From an uncultured Gammaproteobacteria bacterium (GTDB lineage Bacteria > Patescibacteriota > Microgenomatia > Levybacterales > GWA1-39-11), in the NCBI GenBank assembly GCA_964627245.1, contig CAZVGS010000004.1:22806-86805 (forward strand): a stretch of 64,000 nt of DNA, given 5' to 3'. Position numbers and translations under genes: made by a program. Each line of letters begins with the position of its first letter. Position 1 is the first letter of the stretch. This document shows positions 1 to 9,846 of the stretch, piece after piece. Under the pieces are notes generated by a model. It made no database searches. It saw nothing but the letters and a program-made list of their open reading frames with translations, and had not been told where the DNA came from.

Positions 1-2
1 TT

Positions 3-638
3 ATGGATGAGCTGACCAAATTCTTCCGACCGGAGCTTGTTAACAGGTTTGATGGTGTAGTCATCTTCAAGCCTTTAAGAAAAGAAGATATGAAAAAAAT
101 TGCAAAAATAAATATTGGCAAAACTGCAAAGCTCCTAAAGGAGCAAGGATATATTCTTGAGATAACAGAGCCAGCGCTTGAAAAGCTTGGAGATGAGGGT
201 TTTGATCCTGTTTATGGAGCGCGGCCACTAAGGCGCCTTATCCAAAATGCAATTGAAAATCCAATAAGTATTAAAATAATCGGACAAGAATTTATTGCCG
301 GGGATACAATACGTGTGGATTATGATGTGCAAAAAGGTGAATACGCTTTTCTAAAAATTACTCCCCAGCCCCAACAAGTTCAGGGGCAAGCACCATTACC
401 TGCCGATCCCAATCAACCCTCAATTCCCCCAACAAATGGTGCAGAAAATCCAATAAGCCAGACTCAACAACTTCCCCAGCTCCAAGGGATGATAGTAGAT
501 CCCTATACTCCGGTGCAAAATCCTATGGTGCCCGAGGCATTTAATCCGTTTGATGCTGACAATTCTTCACAATCATCAGTTCAGAATAACCCCCCGACAG
601 TTAACTCTGACGGGACTCAAATGCAGCCATCAAATTAA
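3..638 (+). CDS. ClpA/B/C-family ATPase, C-terminal fragment (5' truncated) with Pro/Gln-rich tail
   Basis: FRPELVNRFD and FDPVYGARPLRRLIQ (D2-small domain) motifs; ~90-aa low-complexity P/Q/N tail. Confidence 0.9.
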   Translation: MDELTKFFRPELVNRFDGVVIFKPLRKEDMKKIAKINIGKTAKLLKEQGYILEITEPALEKLGDEGFDPVYGARPLRRLIQNAIENPISIKIIGQEFIAGDTIRVDYDVQKGEYAFLKITPQPQQVQGQAPLPADPNQPSIPPTNGAENPISQTQQLPQLQGMIVDPYTPVQNPMVPEAFNPFDADNSSQSSVQNNPPTVNSDGTQMQPSN

Positions 639-641
639 CTT

Positions 642-1181
642 ATGGATTCTAATGTTAACCCTCCAGTTCAGGAACAGGCACCGTTAGAGGTTATTCCGCC
701 AGCACAGCAGCAGATTGAACAAAAAACAGCGTTTGGTAAGAAAAAAATTCTAATTATTGGCATAATAGTTTTTTTTCTCACTCTTATGGCGGGTGGAGGA
801 CTCTTGTTGTTTGTTGGCAATAACGCTAAAAAAACCCCAAACAATCCATCTAATACTTCAATGACAGCTACACCATCTCCGAAGACAGCTGAAAGTATTA
901 ATGAATTAATTGCGCTAAAAGCAAATGAGAAAACTAAGGTTCCAGGTTTGGAAATATACTTAACCTACATTGAATCAAACAACCCCAGCGAGGAATGTTT
1001 TGATTGTATTGCTTCAACAGCTGTCATAATTGAAAACGGAATAGAAACACAGGAACATGAGTATACGTGCGGTGGAATTGCTGGGGATTGTGTAAACTCT
1101 TTTGAAGAGTTTGGGTACGTTGTTGAACTCGTGCAAAAAATCGATAGCCAAACTATTCAAGTTCTTATAAAAAATAAATGA
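642..1181 (+). CDS. Hypothetical single-pass membrane protein with Cys-containing extracellular domain
   Basis: KKK followed by hydrophobic helix; CFDC and CGGIAGDC motifs. Confidence 0.7.
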   Translation: MDSNVNPPVQEQAPLEVIPPAQQQIEQKTAFGKKKILIIGIIVFFLTLMAGGGLLLFVGNNAKKTPNNPSNTSMTATPSPKTAESINELIALKANEKTKVPGLEIYLTYIESNNPSEECFDCIASTAVIIENGIETQEHEYTCGGIAGDCVNSFEEFGYVVELVQKIDSQTIQVLIKNK

Positions 1182-3139
1182 GTCTTCGCGAGTACAGTTC
1201 ACATATCAGAAGATGCACGCATAAACACTGGAAGATAATAACAGGAATTATTATTACCATTTTGTTTGTATTGGTTGGAATATTACCACAGCTTTTTTAT
1301 TCAGATAAAATATTTGATGCAAGCAAACTTACTTCATATTCAAAGATAAAAACGAGCGATAATAGAAGTTACTTTAATGTAAATAGCGAAAATGGCTATC
1401 TTTATAAATCAAATAAGATACATGAAGATGCTGTAAGGGATTTTTTAAGACAAAAATTTACAGATCAAGGTAAGTATATTGTTCCCGACGATATAGTGAA
1501 TAATAGCACCGTTATTAGAAGTGAAAAAAGTTCCAGTTTAACTAGTAACGAACACTATTTTCTAGAGCAGACATTAAATGGCATTCCTATATATGGCAGT
1601 TCTATCGTTGTCCATCTAAGAAATAAAAATGAAATATACTCAACATCAGGAAATATAATTTTAACAAAGGACACAACCTTACCTGTTTTATCAAAAGAAA
1701 GTGCAAAAGAAATAGCTTTAAATGATTCACTTATTTCTGTTCCATTACAGACATTTGTGATAAGAGATGAAAATACCATTTACTATAATAAAGGTTTACT
1801 TGAAGATGGGGAGGATTTTACAAACCGGATAGCCATTTCATTTTTTGTTGATTCTAATACTAAGCCAATTTATTACTCAACATTTTATATTGTTGATCTT
1901 GAGAATGGGGAAATATTATATAAAGAAGATCAATTGAAGGAATCGCTTAATAGAACAGTTTATAATTGCAGCGGCAGCAGTTGCAGCACTGCTGCAAGAA
2001 CAGAAGGGAGCTCATCGTCAGGAATTGCCGAAGCTGATTCTGCATACAATATTTTAGGAGATGTATATAATTTTTTCCTCCAAAGTTTTAATAGGGATAG
2101 CTTTGATGGAAATGGGGCCCCATATATTGCTTATGTCAATTTTCCAGGCATTAGTTCTATGCAATGTCCAAATGCTGCATGGACAGGTGCTGAGATGATC
2201 TTTTGTGCAGGGCTTGTAACTCCAGACATCTCATGGCATGAGCTTACTCATGCGATGACTAGCCGTACCGCAGGACTTAAATATGAAAAGCAGTCAGGTG
2301 CTCTTAACGAAAGCATCTCAGACATTTTTGCCACATCATCAGATAATAATTGGACAATAGGTGAAGGGTCAGCAATCGGTATTAAAAGAAGTGTAAGCGA
2401 TCCTCCATCAATACCAAAATCTCCAAGGCAGCCAGACAGATTATTTTCCAATTATTACTACTGCGGTGGATTGACAACGGTTTGCGACAAAAATGCCAAT
2501 GATATGTGCGGTGTACATATTAATAGTGGAATTATGAACAAAACATTTTACCTTATGACAGAAGGCGGAAACTTTAACGGATGTAATATATCAGGAATTG
2601 GCAGGAAAAGAAGTAATGACATAATATATTCAGCCTTAACAAACTATCTTACAAGTACGTCTAATTTTTATGACATGTATTCCTCAATTTTGCAGTCATG
2701 CGCAGATCTTTATGGATCAGGATCAGATATATGTAAGGAAGTTCAGAAGGCAGCTCAAGCAACAGAGCTGGACCAGCAAACCACAGGTTCGCAGGCAGGT
2801 CCTAGTTGTTCAGGCGCTGTAGCAAAACCTGCAACTTGCTCGGGAGCTCCAACCTCAGAACCTTTGCCAACATTGGCCGGGCTGCCCACCTCAACTCCAA
2901 CTCCTCCATTGGGTGCGACTTCAACTCCAACATTACCGCCCGGAACCACAGCAACTCCAACACCTACCCCGGTATCTGGGTCAGCTACTTCAACTCCAAC
3001 CCCTTCAGGCGGAATATTCAAGCCGAAGGGGACCCCAACTCCTACCCCTGATCAATATTTTAGTTGTGCACCGGACCCCAAATGTATAAGTAACGGAAAA
3101 AGTATTCAGCTATGTCCGCTTATATGTACTCCAAAGTGA
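1178..3139 (+). CDS. M4 (thermolysin-like) zinc metallopeptidase with N-terminal TM, propeptide and PT-rich linker
   Basis: NAAW, HELTH, GALNESISD and GVHINSG motifs; FTP-like propeptide (QTLNGIPIYG). Confidence 0.92.
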   Translation: MSLREYSSHIRRCTHKHWKIITGIIITILFVLVGILPQLFYSDKIFDASKLTSYSKIKTSDNRSYFNVNSENGYLYKSNKIHEDAVRDFLRQKFTDQGKYIVPDDIVNNSTVIRSEKSSSLTSNEHYFLEQTLNGIPIYGSSIVVHLRNKNEIYSTSGNIILTKDTTLPVLSKESAKEIALNDSLISVPLQTFVIRDENTIYYNKGLLEDGEDFTNRIAISFFVDSNTKPIYYSTFYIVDLENGEILYKEDQLKESLNRTVYNCSGSSCSTAARTEGSSSSGIAEADSAYNILGDVYNFFLQSFNRDSFDGNGAPYIAYVNFPGISSMQCPNAAWTGAEMIFCAGLVTPDISWHELTHAMTSRTAGLKYEKQSGALNESISDIFATSSDNNWTIGEGSAIGIKRSVSDPPSIPKSPRQPDRLFSNYYYCGGLTTVCDKNANDMCGVHINSGIMNKTFYLMTEGGNFNGCNISGIGRKRSNDIIYSALTNYLTSTSNFYDMYSSILQSCADLYGSGSDICKEVQKAAQATELDQQTTGSQAGPSCSGAVAKPATCSGAPTSEPLPTLAGLPTSTPTPPLGATSTPTLPPGTTATPTPTPVSGSATSTPTPSGGIFKPKGTPTPTPDQYFSCAPDPKCISNGKSIQLCPLICTPK

Positions 3140-3271
3140 CAAGACTCTAGCAATTAATGACTATAATTGCTAAAATATGGAACGGAAAAAGATTGTTTAA
3201 TGAATAAATTGTTTCACTGTTTCATTATTAAAACTTGGTATAGTAATTGAACAATCTAGCAATAATATACT

Positions 3272-4138
3272 ATGAATACTGATTATTACAAAACATTGGG
3301 TATCTCAAAGTCTGCAACGCAAGATGAAATAAAAAGAGCATATAGAAAACTTGCAGTAGAATATCATCCTGATAAAAACAAGACAAAAGAGGCTGAGGAA
3401 AAATTCAAGGAGATCAATCAAGCTTACGAAGTGTTGGGAAATCCTCAAAAAAGACAGCAGTACGATCAATTCGGTTCCCAAGCCTTTGAAAACGGAGGCC
3501 GTGGCGGTGCGGGCGGTCCTTTTGGCGGATTTGGGGGTCAGCAAGGACCTTTTTCTTACACTTATACCTCAAATGGTCAGGGGTATGATTTCGGGGGATT
3601 TTCGGACCCTTTCGATATATTTGAGCAGTTTTTTGGAGGAGCGTCTTCCCCATTTGGGAGAAGAAAACCAACATATTCTTTAAGAATTGACTTTATGGAT
3701 GCTGTTAAAGGTACGACCAAAACTGTTTCACTTGATGGAAAGAAAAAGGATATTAAAGTTCCGGCAGGAGTAAATGAGGGCTCAAGAATTCAATTCAATG
3801 ATTTTGACATAATAATATCGGTTTCCTCACACAATAAACTTAAGCGGGAGGGTTATGATATTATTTCTGAGCTTAAAATTCCAATGACAACGGCAGCCCT
3901 AGGAGGCATAGAGTCGGTTGAGACTGTATCAGGCAATGTGAAATTAAAAATTCCACAAGGAACACAGCCGGGTACTCTTATAAGAATAAAAGACAAAGGC
4001 GTTAAGAAAATTGGAGTTTCAGGACATGGAGACCACTATGTCAGAGTTCAGGTAGAGGTGCCTTCAAAACTTTCTTCAAAACAACGCGAAATACTTGAAG
4101 ATTTCTCTAAAGAATCAAATAAGAAGCGCTGGTTCTAA
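3272..4138 (+). CDS. dnaJ: DnaJ-class co-chaperone without zinc finger (class B/CbpA-like)
   Basis: J-domain with HPD, G/F-rich region, C-terminal domain; no CxxCxGxG repeats. Confidence 0.9.
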   Translation: MNTDYYKTLGISKSATQDEIKRAYRKLAVEYHPDKNKTKEAEEKFKEINQAYEVLGNPQKRQQYDQFGSQAFENGGRGGAGGPFGGFGGQQGPFSYTYTSNGQGYDFGGFSDPFDIFEQFFGGASSPFGRRKPTYSLRIDFMDAVKGTTKTVSLDGKKKDIKVPAGVNEGSRIQFNDFDIIISVSSHNKLKREGYDIISELKIPMTTAALGGIESVETVSGNVKLKIPQGTQPGTLIRIKDKGVKKIGVSGHGDHYVRVQVEVPSKLSSKQREILEDFSKESNKKRWF

Positions 4139-4214
4139 TAGCTACCAATTCTTTTTATGTAAGTACAAAAAAACAGCGTAAACGCTGTTAAATTTATTGA
4201 TACTCTAAACAACC

Positions 4215-4691
4215 TTATCTTGTAACTGAAATTACTGCGCCTCCTTCAGCATCTGGAGCTGTTACAGTTACTCTTCCTGCTGCTGTCTGAAGAATTTCAT
4301 ATTGTGTGTCATAGTCTTCGCATCCATCTCCATCACCATCAACATCCCAAGCTCCTGTTTGTGGATCTACAGGTAGTTGTGCGATATATTGAGGGGCAAT
4401 ATCCGGACATAGGTCTACATCTCCACCGACTGTATCACTTCCAATATTTGTTGCTGTTGCCGGAATTGCTAGCGGCGTTAAATCACCATTATTATCGACT
4501 GCAAATTGCCATACACCGTTGAGGATAGCATTAACATCGCTTGCCCTTTGGGTGTTATTGGCTTGTTCAAATTGTCTTGCAGGATTTATGGCGATAAGAG
4601 TAATGGCAAGAAGGACAGCTAAGATTCCAATAACAACAAGAAGCTCAATAAGTGTAAACCCTTTTTGGAATTTAGCGCGGGCAGTTTTCAT
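4215..4691 (-). CDS. Type IV pilin (probable major pilin)
   Basis: Prepilin motif KG|FTLIELLVVIGIL; two Cys; own upstream promoter. Confidence 0.88.
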   Translation of the reverse strand: MKTARAKFQKGFTLIELLVVIGILAVLLAITLIAINPARQFEQANNTQRASDVNAILNGVWQFAVDNNGDLTPLAIPATATNIGSDTVGGDVDLCPDIAPQYIAQLPVDPQTGAWDVDGDGDGCEDYDTQYEILQTAAGRVTVTAPDAEGGAVISVTR

Positions 4692-4700
4692 ATCTATTTA

Positions 4701-4730
4701 ATGATAACCATAATTAAAAAACCTTGTCAA
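4701..4730 (-). promoter_or_regulatory. Sigma70-type promoter of the pilin gene
   Basis: TTGACA-N18-TATCAT, 9 nt before ATG. Confidence 0.6.
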
Positions 4731-4762
4731 TAGGCAAATTTTGCCTCAAATACAACTCATGA

Positions 4763-5452
4763 TCACATTCGAAGAAGCATTATTCCAAGAATAGCAAAAA
4801 GAACAATAAAAATTCCCAACATAGTATAAAGTCTAACGTTTGGTTTTTTTGATTGTGTAGCACCTTTTTTATCTGGAAAATTTTGTGTTACTGTTTTAGT
4901 TCTTTCTACTGGAATCATATTAAATTGCTTTAGGTGATCGGTGCGCTTTAGAAGTTGTGATGCATTTTCGGTCGTCAAATTTCTTATTAAGCCTTGATCT
5001 TGTCCAAGCATCTGGTAAGGAATTACCCAGTCAATTGAGAAAAAGCACTTCTCGAATCCTAGTTTTAGTTCCCTGTATACATCATAGTTGGCTGCTATCA
5101 CTTTGACGTCTTTTTCAATTGTGTACTCTTTTGATAATGCGCTCTCGAATGGGACAGTATCCAAAAATTTATCAACCTCTTCCTTCAAATCTTCCCGGCT
5201 AAGATTCATAAAATCCTTTTCAAAAGTTATGTTGGGGGAGAGAAGCATTGTTATAGATGCAGGAGCTAATTGATATTGGTCTACAAAACTTTTTATCTGA
5301 TTTATCAGTGAAGCACCATTTATGACATCCATGTCTCTGACTGAAGTTGAGAGGAATGCAAGGCTTACGACAAGAGTTAGACCTGTTTCGTAAAAATAAA
5401 ATCCATTTTTATCCAGATACAAAAATCCTGGTTGTTTTTTTACAAAATCCAT
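4763..5452 (-). CDS. Hypothetical protein with C-terminal TM, possibly a PilM/PilN-like alignment component
   Basis: Position in pilus operon; C-terminal hydrophobic helix; weak PilM-like N-terminus. Confidence 0.5.
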   Translation of the reverse strand: MDFVKKQPGFLYLDKNGFYFYETGLTLVVSLAFLSTSVRDMDVINGASLINQIKSFVDQYQLAPASITMLLSPNITFEKDFMNLSREDLKEEVDKFLDTVPFESALSKEYTIEKDVKVIAANYDVYRELKLGFEKCFFSIDWVIPYQMLGQDQGLIRNLTTENASQLLKRTDHLKQFNMIPVERTKTVTQNFPDKKGATQSKKPNVRLYTMLGIFIVLFAILGIMLLRM

Positions 5453-5533
5453 ATTATGAAAATTTCTAAGTACTGTAATTTCTAATTAATCTAGGTTTAT
5501 AAATCAGGTCAATTAGGTTAATTAGTAATTTAT

Positions 5534-5905
5534 TCATATCTCCTTCCATGAAGTAGCAGTTAGAGTGTTATTACTCGTATCAACTATTACTTGTATTGTT
5601 CTTGTAAAATTATTGACGGTACCTTTTGATATAACCGTTTTTGGATTAGTTCCGTTAACAGTTATGACTGCTTCTCCATTCTCAATCGTAAGAGTCTCGC
5701 CACTATAATCCGGATCTCTTAGTAATTTAATCATAGCAGTTTCTGCGCCACTTTCCGCAATGTTTAATGAGTTTGAGCCTTGATAAACTTTATCTGTTCC
5801 TGTCGAACTGTTTATAACAAGAGCTATCGACGCAGTTGTAACAACGACCGCAATGACCATATATATAAGTAAAATTACCAGTGTTTGGCCTTTTTGTTTT
5901 CTCAT
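5534..5905 (-). CDS. Minor pilin, PilX-like
   Basis: KG|QTLVILLI lacking Glu5; AESGAE motif. Confidence 0.75.
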   Translation of the reverse strand: MRKQKGQTLVILLIYMVIAVVVTTASIALVINSSTGTDKVYQGSNSLNIAESGAETAMIKLLRDPDYSGETLTIENGEAVITVNGTNPKTVISKGTVNNFTRTIQVIVDTSNNTLTATSWKEI

Positions 5906-6417
5906 CTTAAGCCTGCTGTTGTTTGAAAATTTTGTTCGTCGGCAATTCCTTCTTTTCTGATATTTCCGGAAATCGTAAAATTTATTCTGACGGTATCTTT
6001 TGCACTATCTGTTCCTACTTTCGTAAAAACCAAATCTGAGATAGATGATCCATAGCCGTTAAGATTGAACGTGCCACTTGGATTTGATGTCACTAAGTTC
6101 CCGCTGCTTGTTGAATATGTATGATTTTCGCCATTAATAACGAGTACCAAATTCGCTGAAGAACTGCCGAATAACGCAGGTTCAATTATTGAATCGGCTC
6201 TTCCGACATCATATATAAAGCGCGAATATATATATCTTCCATCATCGGCTACATTTGATGTATTTGTAGAACTTAGCTGATTTTCTATTATTGCAATAAA
6301 TATCTGCGTGAATATTACGATAAGAATTGTTAGAAGACCCATATATATAAGAAGTTCGACTAAAGTAAATCCCGATTGACTCTTAGCGGATGGATTGGAT
6401 TTATGTTCTTTCATCAT
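5902..6417 (-). CDS. Minor pilin, PilW/PulJ-like
   Basis: SG|FTLVELLIYM. Confidence 0.82.
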   Translation of the reverse strand: MMKEHKSNPSAKSQSGFTLVELLIYMGLLTILIVIFTQIFIAIIENQLSSTNTSNVADDGRYIYSRFIYDVGRADSIIEPALFGSSSANLVLVINGENHTYSTSSGNLVTSNPSGTFNLNGYGSSISDLVFTKVGTDSAKDTVRINFTISGNIRKEGIADEQNFQTTAGLR

Positions 6418-9383
6418 GGCGAGTAGTTAAATGAAGTATCCAGTATTGTTGGCGTAACATTATTGTCGGTTGTCGAGAAAAACGCTTTGTATTTGACGCA
6501 CTGTGCCGGATTCTGAAATCCTGAAACACCGCTTAAAGGTATGCTTCCTCCTGTTGATGGAAAGCGAGTCGTGTTGGTGCCGTCGGGTCCTACAAAAGTG
6601 TAGGTTGAATTACTGCAAGACCCGCTAACAGGCAAGGTTGCTGCAACTTGAAACTCAAGAGTAGTGTTAGCAGGAGTTGTTGAGTTAACGCTCAGTCTGT
6701 TCAAAGCAACAACTGAGCCCAAATCTTGAATTGCAGATTCGTACGTCCCGGAGCTTAGATATGTACCATCAGGACCTCCTTGTATAATTTGAAGTTCGTT
6801 ATCGGCAGTGTTTCCTATCATATAAACGAATCTGTCTCCATCCAGTTCGGAAACCGACGTAAGATCATTAAATCCCGAGTCAAATTGAACTCCACCGCAG
6901 TAAGTTGGTGTCAACTCGTTACTTGTATTCAGTACTTGGTACTCGCGTGTATTATTTGAGTCAGATGTTCCGTCTTTTCCTACAAGAACAGCACGAAGAC
7001 CTTCAAAAACTGTAAGTGATCTCCGGGGGAACAGTTGGGCATCAGCACCGCTTCCATAGTAAAAGCCGCTTGTAGGTCCCGTTGAAGGACTTCCTGATAG
7101 AAATGACGGCGAATTTTTGTTGGAAGTATTTAGAATGTAAAATTGCATGCTATCAGGATCATTGTCATTGTTTGAGTCAATGCCGCCGTTTGAGGAAATA
7201 TAAGCTCTAGTTCCATCGCCAGTTCCATAAACCGAATTTGCTGCTTCTTCAGTTCCTGAATCGGAATTAAAATCATATGAGCTTATCCTTTTCCAATTAC
7301 TATTTCCGCCCGATATCCTTCCGCAAGCGCTGTCGCTGATAGCGGGGGAGGATGATGTCGTTGGAATGTCGGTAACGTTAACGATGTTAAATTCGGGATT
7401 TGTTCCGGCACCAACCGCAACATAAACATACGTATCAGTTCCAACCCTGACAGGATAAATGTCGTTGCTTGCATAAAGCTCTATATTTCCTCCATCAGAA
7501 CAATCAAGGTGTACAGGGGAAGTTGTATCAGACCAGCTTGTCCCCGTCTGGCCTTGGCTATATTTTCTATCAGTACCTGAACCCGGATTGCAGTCATAAC
7601 CGTCAAGCTGGATTCTACAGCCTATCATATCCAGTCCTTGCGAGGTTGTTTTGCCGTCAATGTTTGACAGATCAAAAACGTAAAGATAACCCCCCGAAGT
7701 TACGTACCCGCGGTCATTTAATACCGCAAGAGAAGTGCCCCCGTATCCGAAAGGCGCTTGGTCGTTGAGATCTCCCCCGCTGTAATGTATTTTGACAGCT
7801 GCCCAGTCGAGATAGAAATCCCGGGATGTACTGCTTGCAACATTAACAACTCTGAGCCTAAAGTTGGAATTGCTTAAGTCGCTTTCAGACCAACTGTGTC
7901 CCCAGTCATCAGAAGATCCACCGAGAGTGTAGGATGCTTCCGAGGTAGAGAGAGTAGGCGTTGATTGGGCATTTGTCCAGGTGTTTCCGCCATCCCAAGA
8001 TAGTTCAACGCACATTCTCGGGGAGTTTGAGGTACTGTCTACCCGAGCGTCAAGCCTTACTTCAATTCCCTCTATTGATGCACCCGAGGGAACAGGCAAG
8101 TTGTAATTGTAGTATCTGTGCTTATCCTTATCAGTCCCCGTGCAATTTGTTCCTGTGCCGTTACCGCTATTGCTGTCTATAGCAAAAGACCCGTTATCGG
8201 TATAGCCTCTATTCGCATTTGACTGAAAGCCATCATTATCTCCGCCATTGTCGTCAGTATTAGAACTTGGATTTTGAAATCCCGTATCGTGAGATCCGGC
8301 AGTATTGAACATGTTTGTATTGAAGAAAGTCTTGTATTTATAGATTCCGTTAATATAGTCTTGGTACTCGCCGTTATTAGTAGTGTCGTTACTGCCGTTA
8401 TTATCATCCACAAGTACTGCAATTACTTCGCGGTCAGCTTTTGAAGTTGCAATGAGAGCGTACATATTTTCAGAAGATGATCTGTAATATTGAATTGCAT
8501 TCGTTTTGTAATTATTGTCAATGCCGGGGCTCGTTGGAACCAGTCCGGGGTCGCTGTACTTTGCCGGATCAAGTGTAAATATGCCTCTAAGCGAAGGTGA
8601 GGGAATTTCCGTATCCGCAGTGACAAGTATATGCGACATTTTCACGGATGTTGAATCGGTGGGAGAAGTAGCAACAAAAGTCTGATTTGGGGTAGCAATG
8701 CTTGTAGCACTTGCAGTTGCAATGACTGCGACGGGAGGACCATCGGGAAGAGAAATTGTTGCAGAGGAAAAAGCAGGGGAGCACCATTGTCCTTTAGTGT
8801 TTGTAGATAGCCTTACTTCTCCGCCGGTTGCATCAGCAACTTCGGTAGTTGCGTAAATTCCCTCGTCAAAATCCTCAACGCTTGTTTGGGTTTGCGCTTC
8901 ATTTGCAAGATAGCGTGTAACGTATATAGTTGAATCAACAGAAGAATTATAGGGCTGACCCCAGGTAACACTTATATCAACGCGTTTTGTTGACGGATCA
9001 AGGCTTCCTCCTGTTTCGACGACAACTCCATTTGAGTCCCGGTAAACATCGCTTACAGTTATGCTTCTTGTAAAATCATTTATGGTTTCATCACCTGAAG
9101 CAAGGGACCAAGACGTGCCGGAAATTTGCGGGTGATAATCTCCATTCACAGCAAATATTCCCCATCCCTGATTTCTCACATTTCTCACAACTTCCTCTGC
9201 TTCTTTCATAAGAGCGATTGCCTGAACCCTTTGTCCTTGCTGTGCCTTGCCTTGTTTTGAGGAAATGAGTCCTGTCAGCAAAGCAGGCAGCATAATTGCC
9301 GTTATTGCTATTACTAACAATATCTCAACAAGCATTTGACCCCTGCTATTTTTGATTTTATTCGAAATTGGTAACTGTGCCAT
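6414..9383 (-). CDS. Giant pilin-like protein: PilV-type N-terminus fused to a large beta-rich putative adhesin region
   Basis: RG|QMLVEILLVIAI prepilin motif; ~830 aa S/T/G/N/D-rich extension with paired Cys. Confidence 0.75.
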   Translation of the reverse strand: MAQLPISNKIKNSRGQMLVEILLVIAITAIMLPALLTGLISSKQGKAQQGQRVQAIALMKEAEEVVRNVRNQGWGIFAVNGDYHPQISGTSWSLASGDETINDFTRSITVSDVYRDSNGVVVETGGSLDPSTKRVDISVTWGQPYNSSVDSTIYVTRYLANEAQTQTSVEDFDEGIYATTEVADATGGEVRLSTNTKGQWCSPAFSSATISLPDGPPVAVIATASATSIATPNQTFVATSPTDSTSVKMSHILVTADTEIPSPSLRGIFTLDPAKYSDPGLVPTSPGIDNNYKTNAIQYYRSSSENMYALIATSKADREVIAVLVDDNNGSNDTTNNGEYQDYINGIYKYKTFFNTNMFNTAGSHDTGFQNPSSNTDDNGGDNDGFQSNANRGYTDNGSFAIDSNSGNGTGTNCTGTDKDKHRYYNYNLPVPSGASIEGIEVRLDARVDSTSNSPRMCVELSWDGGNTWTNAQSTPTLSTSEASYTLGGSSDDWGHSWSESDLSNSNFRLRVVNVASSTSRDFYLDWAAVKIHYSGGDLNDQAPFGYGGTSLAVLNDRGYVTSGGYLYVFDLSNIDGKTTSQGLDMIGCRIQLDGYDCNPGSGTDRKYSQGQTGTSWSDTTSPVHLDCSDGGNIELYASNDIYPVRVGTDTYVYVAVGAGTNPEFNIVNVTDIPTTSSSPAISDSACGRISGGNSNWKRISSYDFNSDSGTEEAANSVYGTGDGTRAYISSNGGIDSNNDNDPDSMQFYILNTSNKNSPSFLSGSPSTGPTSGFYYGSGADAQLFPRRSLTVFEGLRAVLVGKDGTSDSNNTREYQVLNTSNELTPTYCGGVQFDSGFNDLTSVSELDGDRFVYMIGNTADNELQIIQGGPDGTYLSSGTYESAIQDLGSVVALNRLSVNSTTPANTTLEFQVAATLPVSGSCSNSTYTFVGPDGTNTTRFPSTGGSIPLSGVSGFQNPAQCVKYKAFFSTTDNNVTPTILDTSFNYSP

Positions 9384-9846
9384 ATTTGTTAAGAGTAATA
9401 GTCTCGGTTGATCCGCTTGGAATATTTGTGATGGTTATAGAATTTGAACCGTCAATAAAATTTACTACCTCACCGCTATCTGACGCGAAAAGAACCGCAT
9501 CATTTTGAAATGTGGAGGAAAGACTGTATGACTCAGGAATCGGAACTGAAAAATTCGCCGTATCCGCCGGATTGTACTCTATACCATGAAACATTATATA
9601 TTGATCTGATAGGACTTTTATGCCGTAGTTGTCAGGTTCTCCCCGTCCTTCGGTGTCTCCAACCATAGCCTTTATTTGCTGAGTTTTGAGATCCGATATA
9701 AGGACAGTTGTTGCGGAACTGCTGGTTGCCACAATTTGTATATTTGACAAACTCACAATTCCTATTCCAAAAAGAAGAGACAATATTCCTATAACGAGCA
9801 TAAGCTCGATCAGCGTAAGTCCTCTTTGTCTTTCAAGTGCTTTCAT
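9358..9846 (-). CDS. Minor pilin, FimT/GspH-like
   Basis: RG|LTLIELMLVIGIL. Confidence 0.82.
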   Translation of the reverse strand: MKALERQRGLTLIELMLVIGILSLLFGIGIVSLSNIQIVATSSSATTVLISDLKTQQIKAMVGDTEGRGEPDNYGIKVLSDQYIMFHGIEYNPADTANFSVPIPESYSLSSTFQNDAVLFASDSGEVVNFIDGSNSITITNIPSGSTETITLNKYGTVTNFE

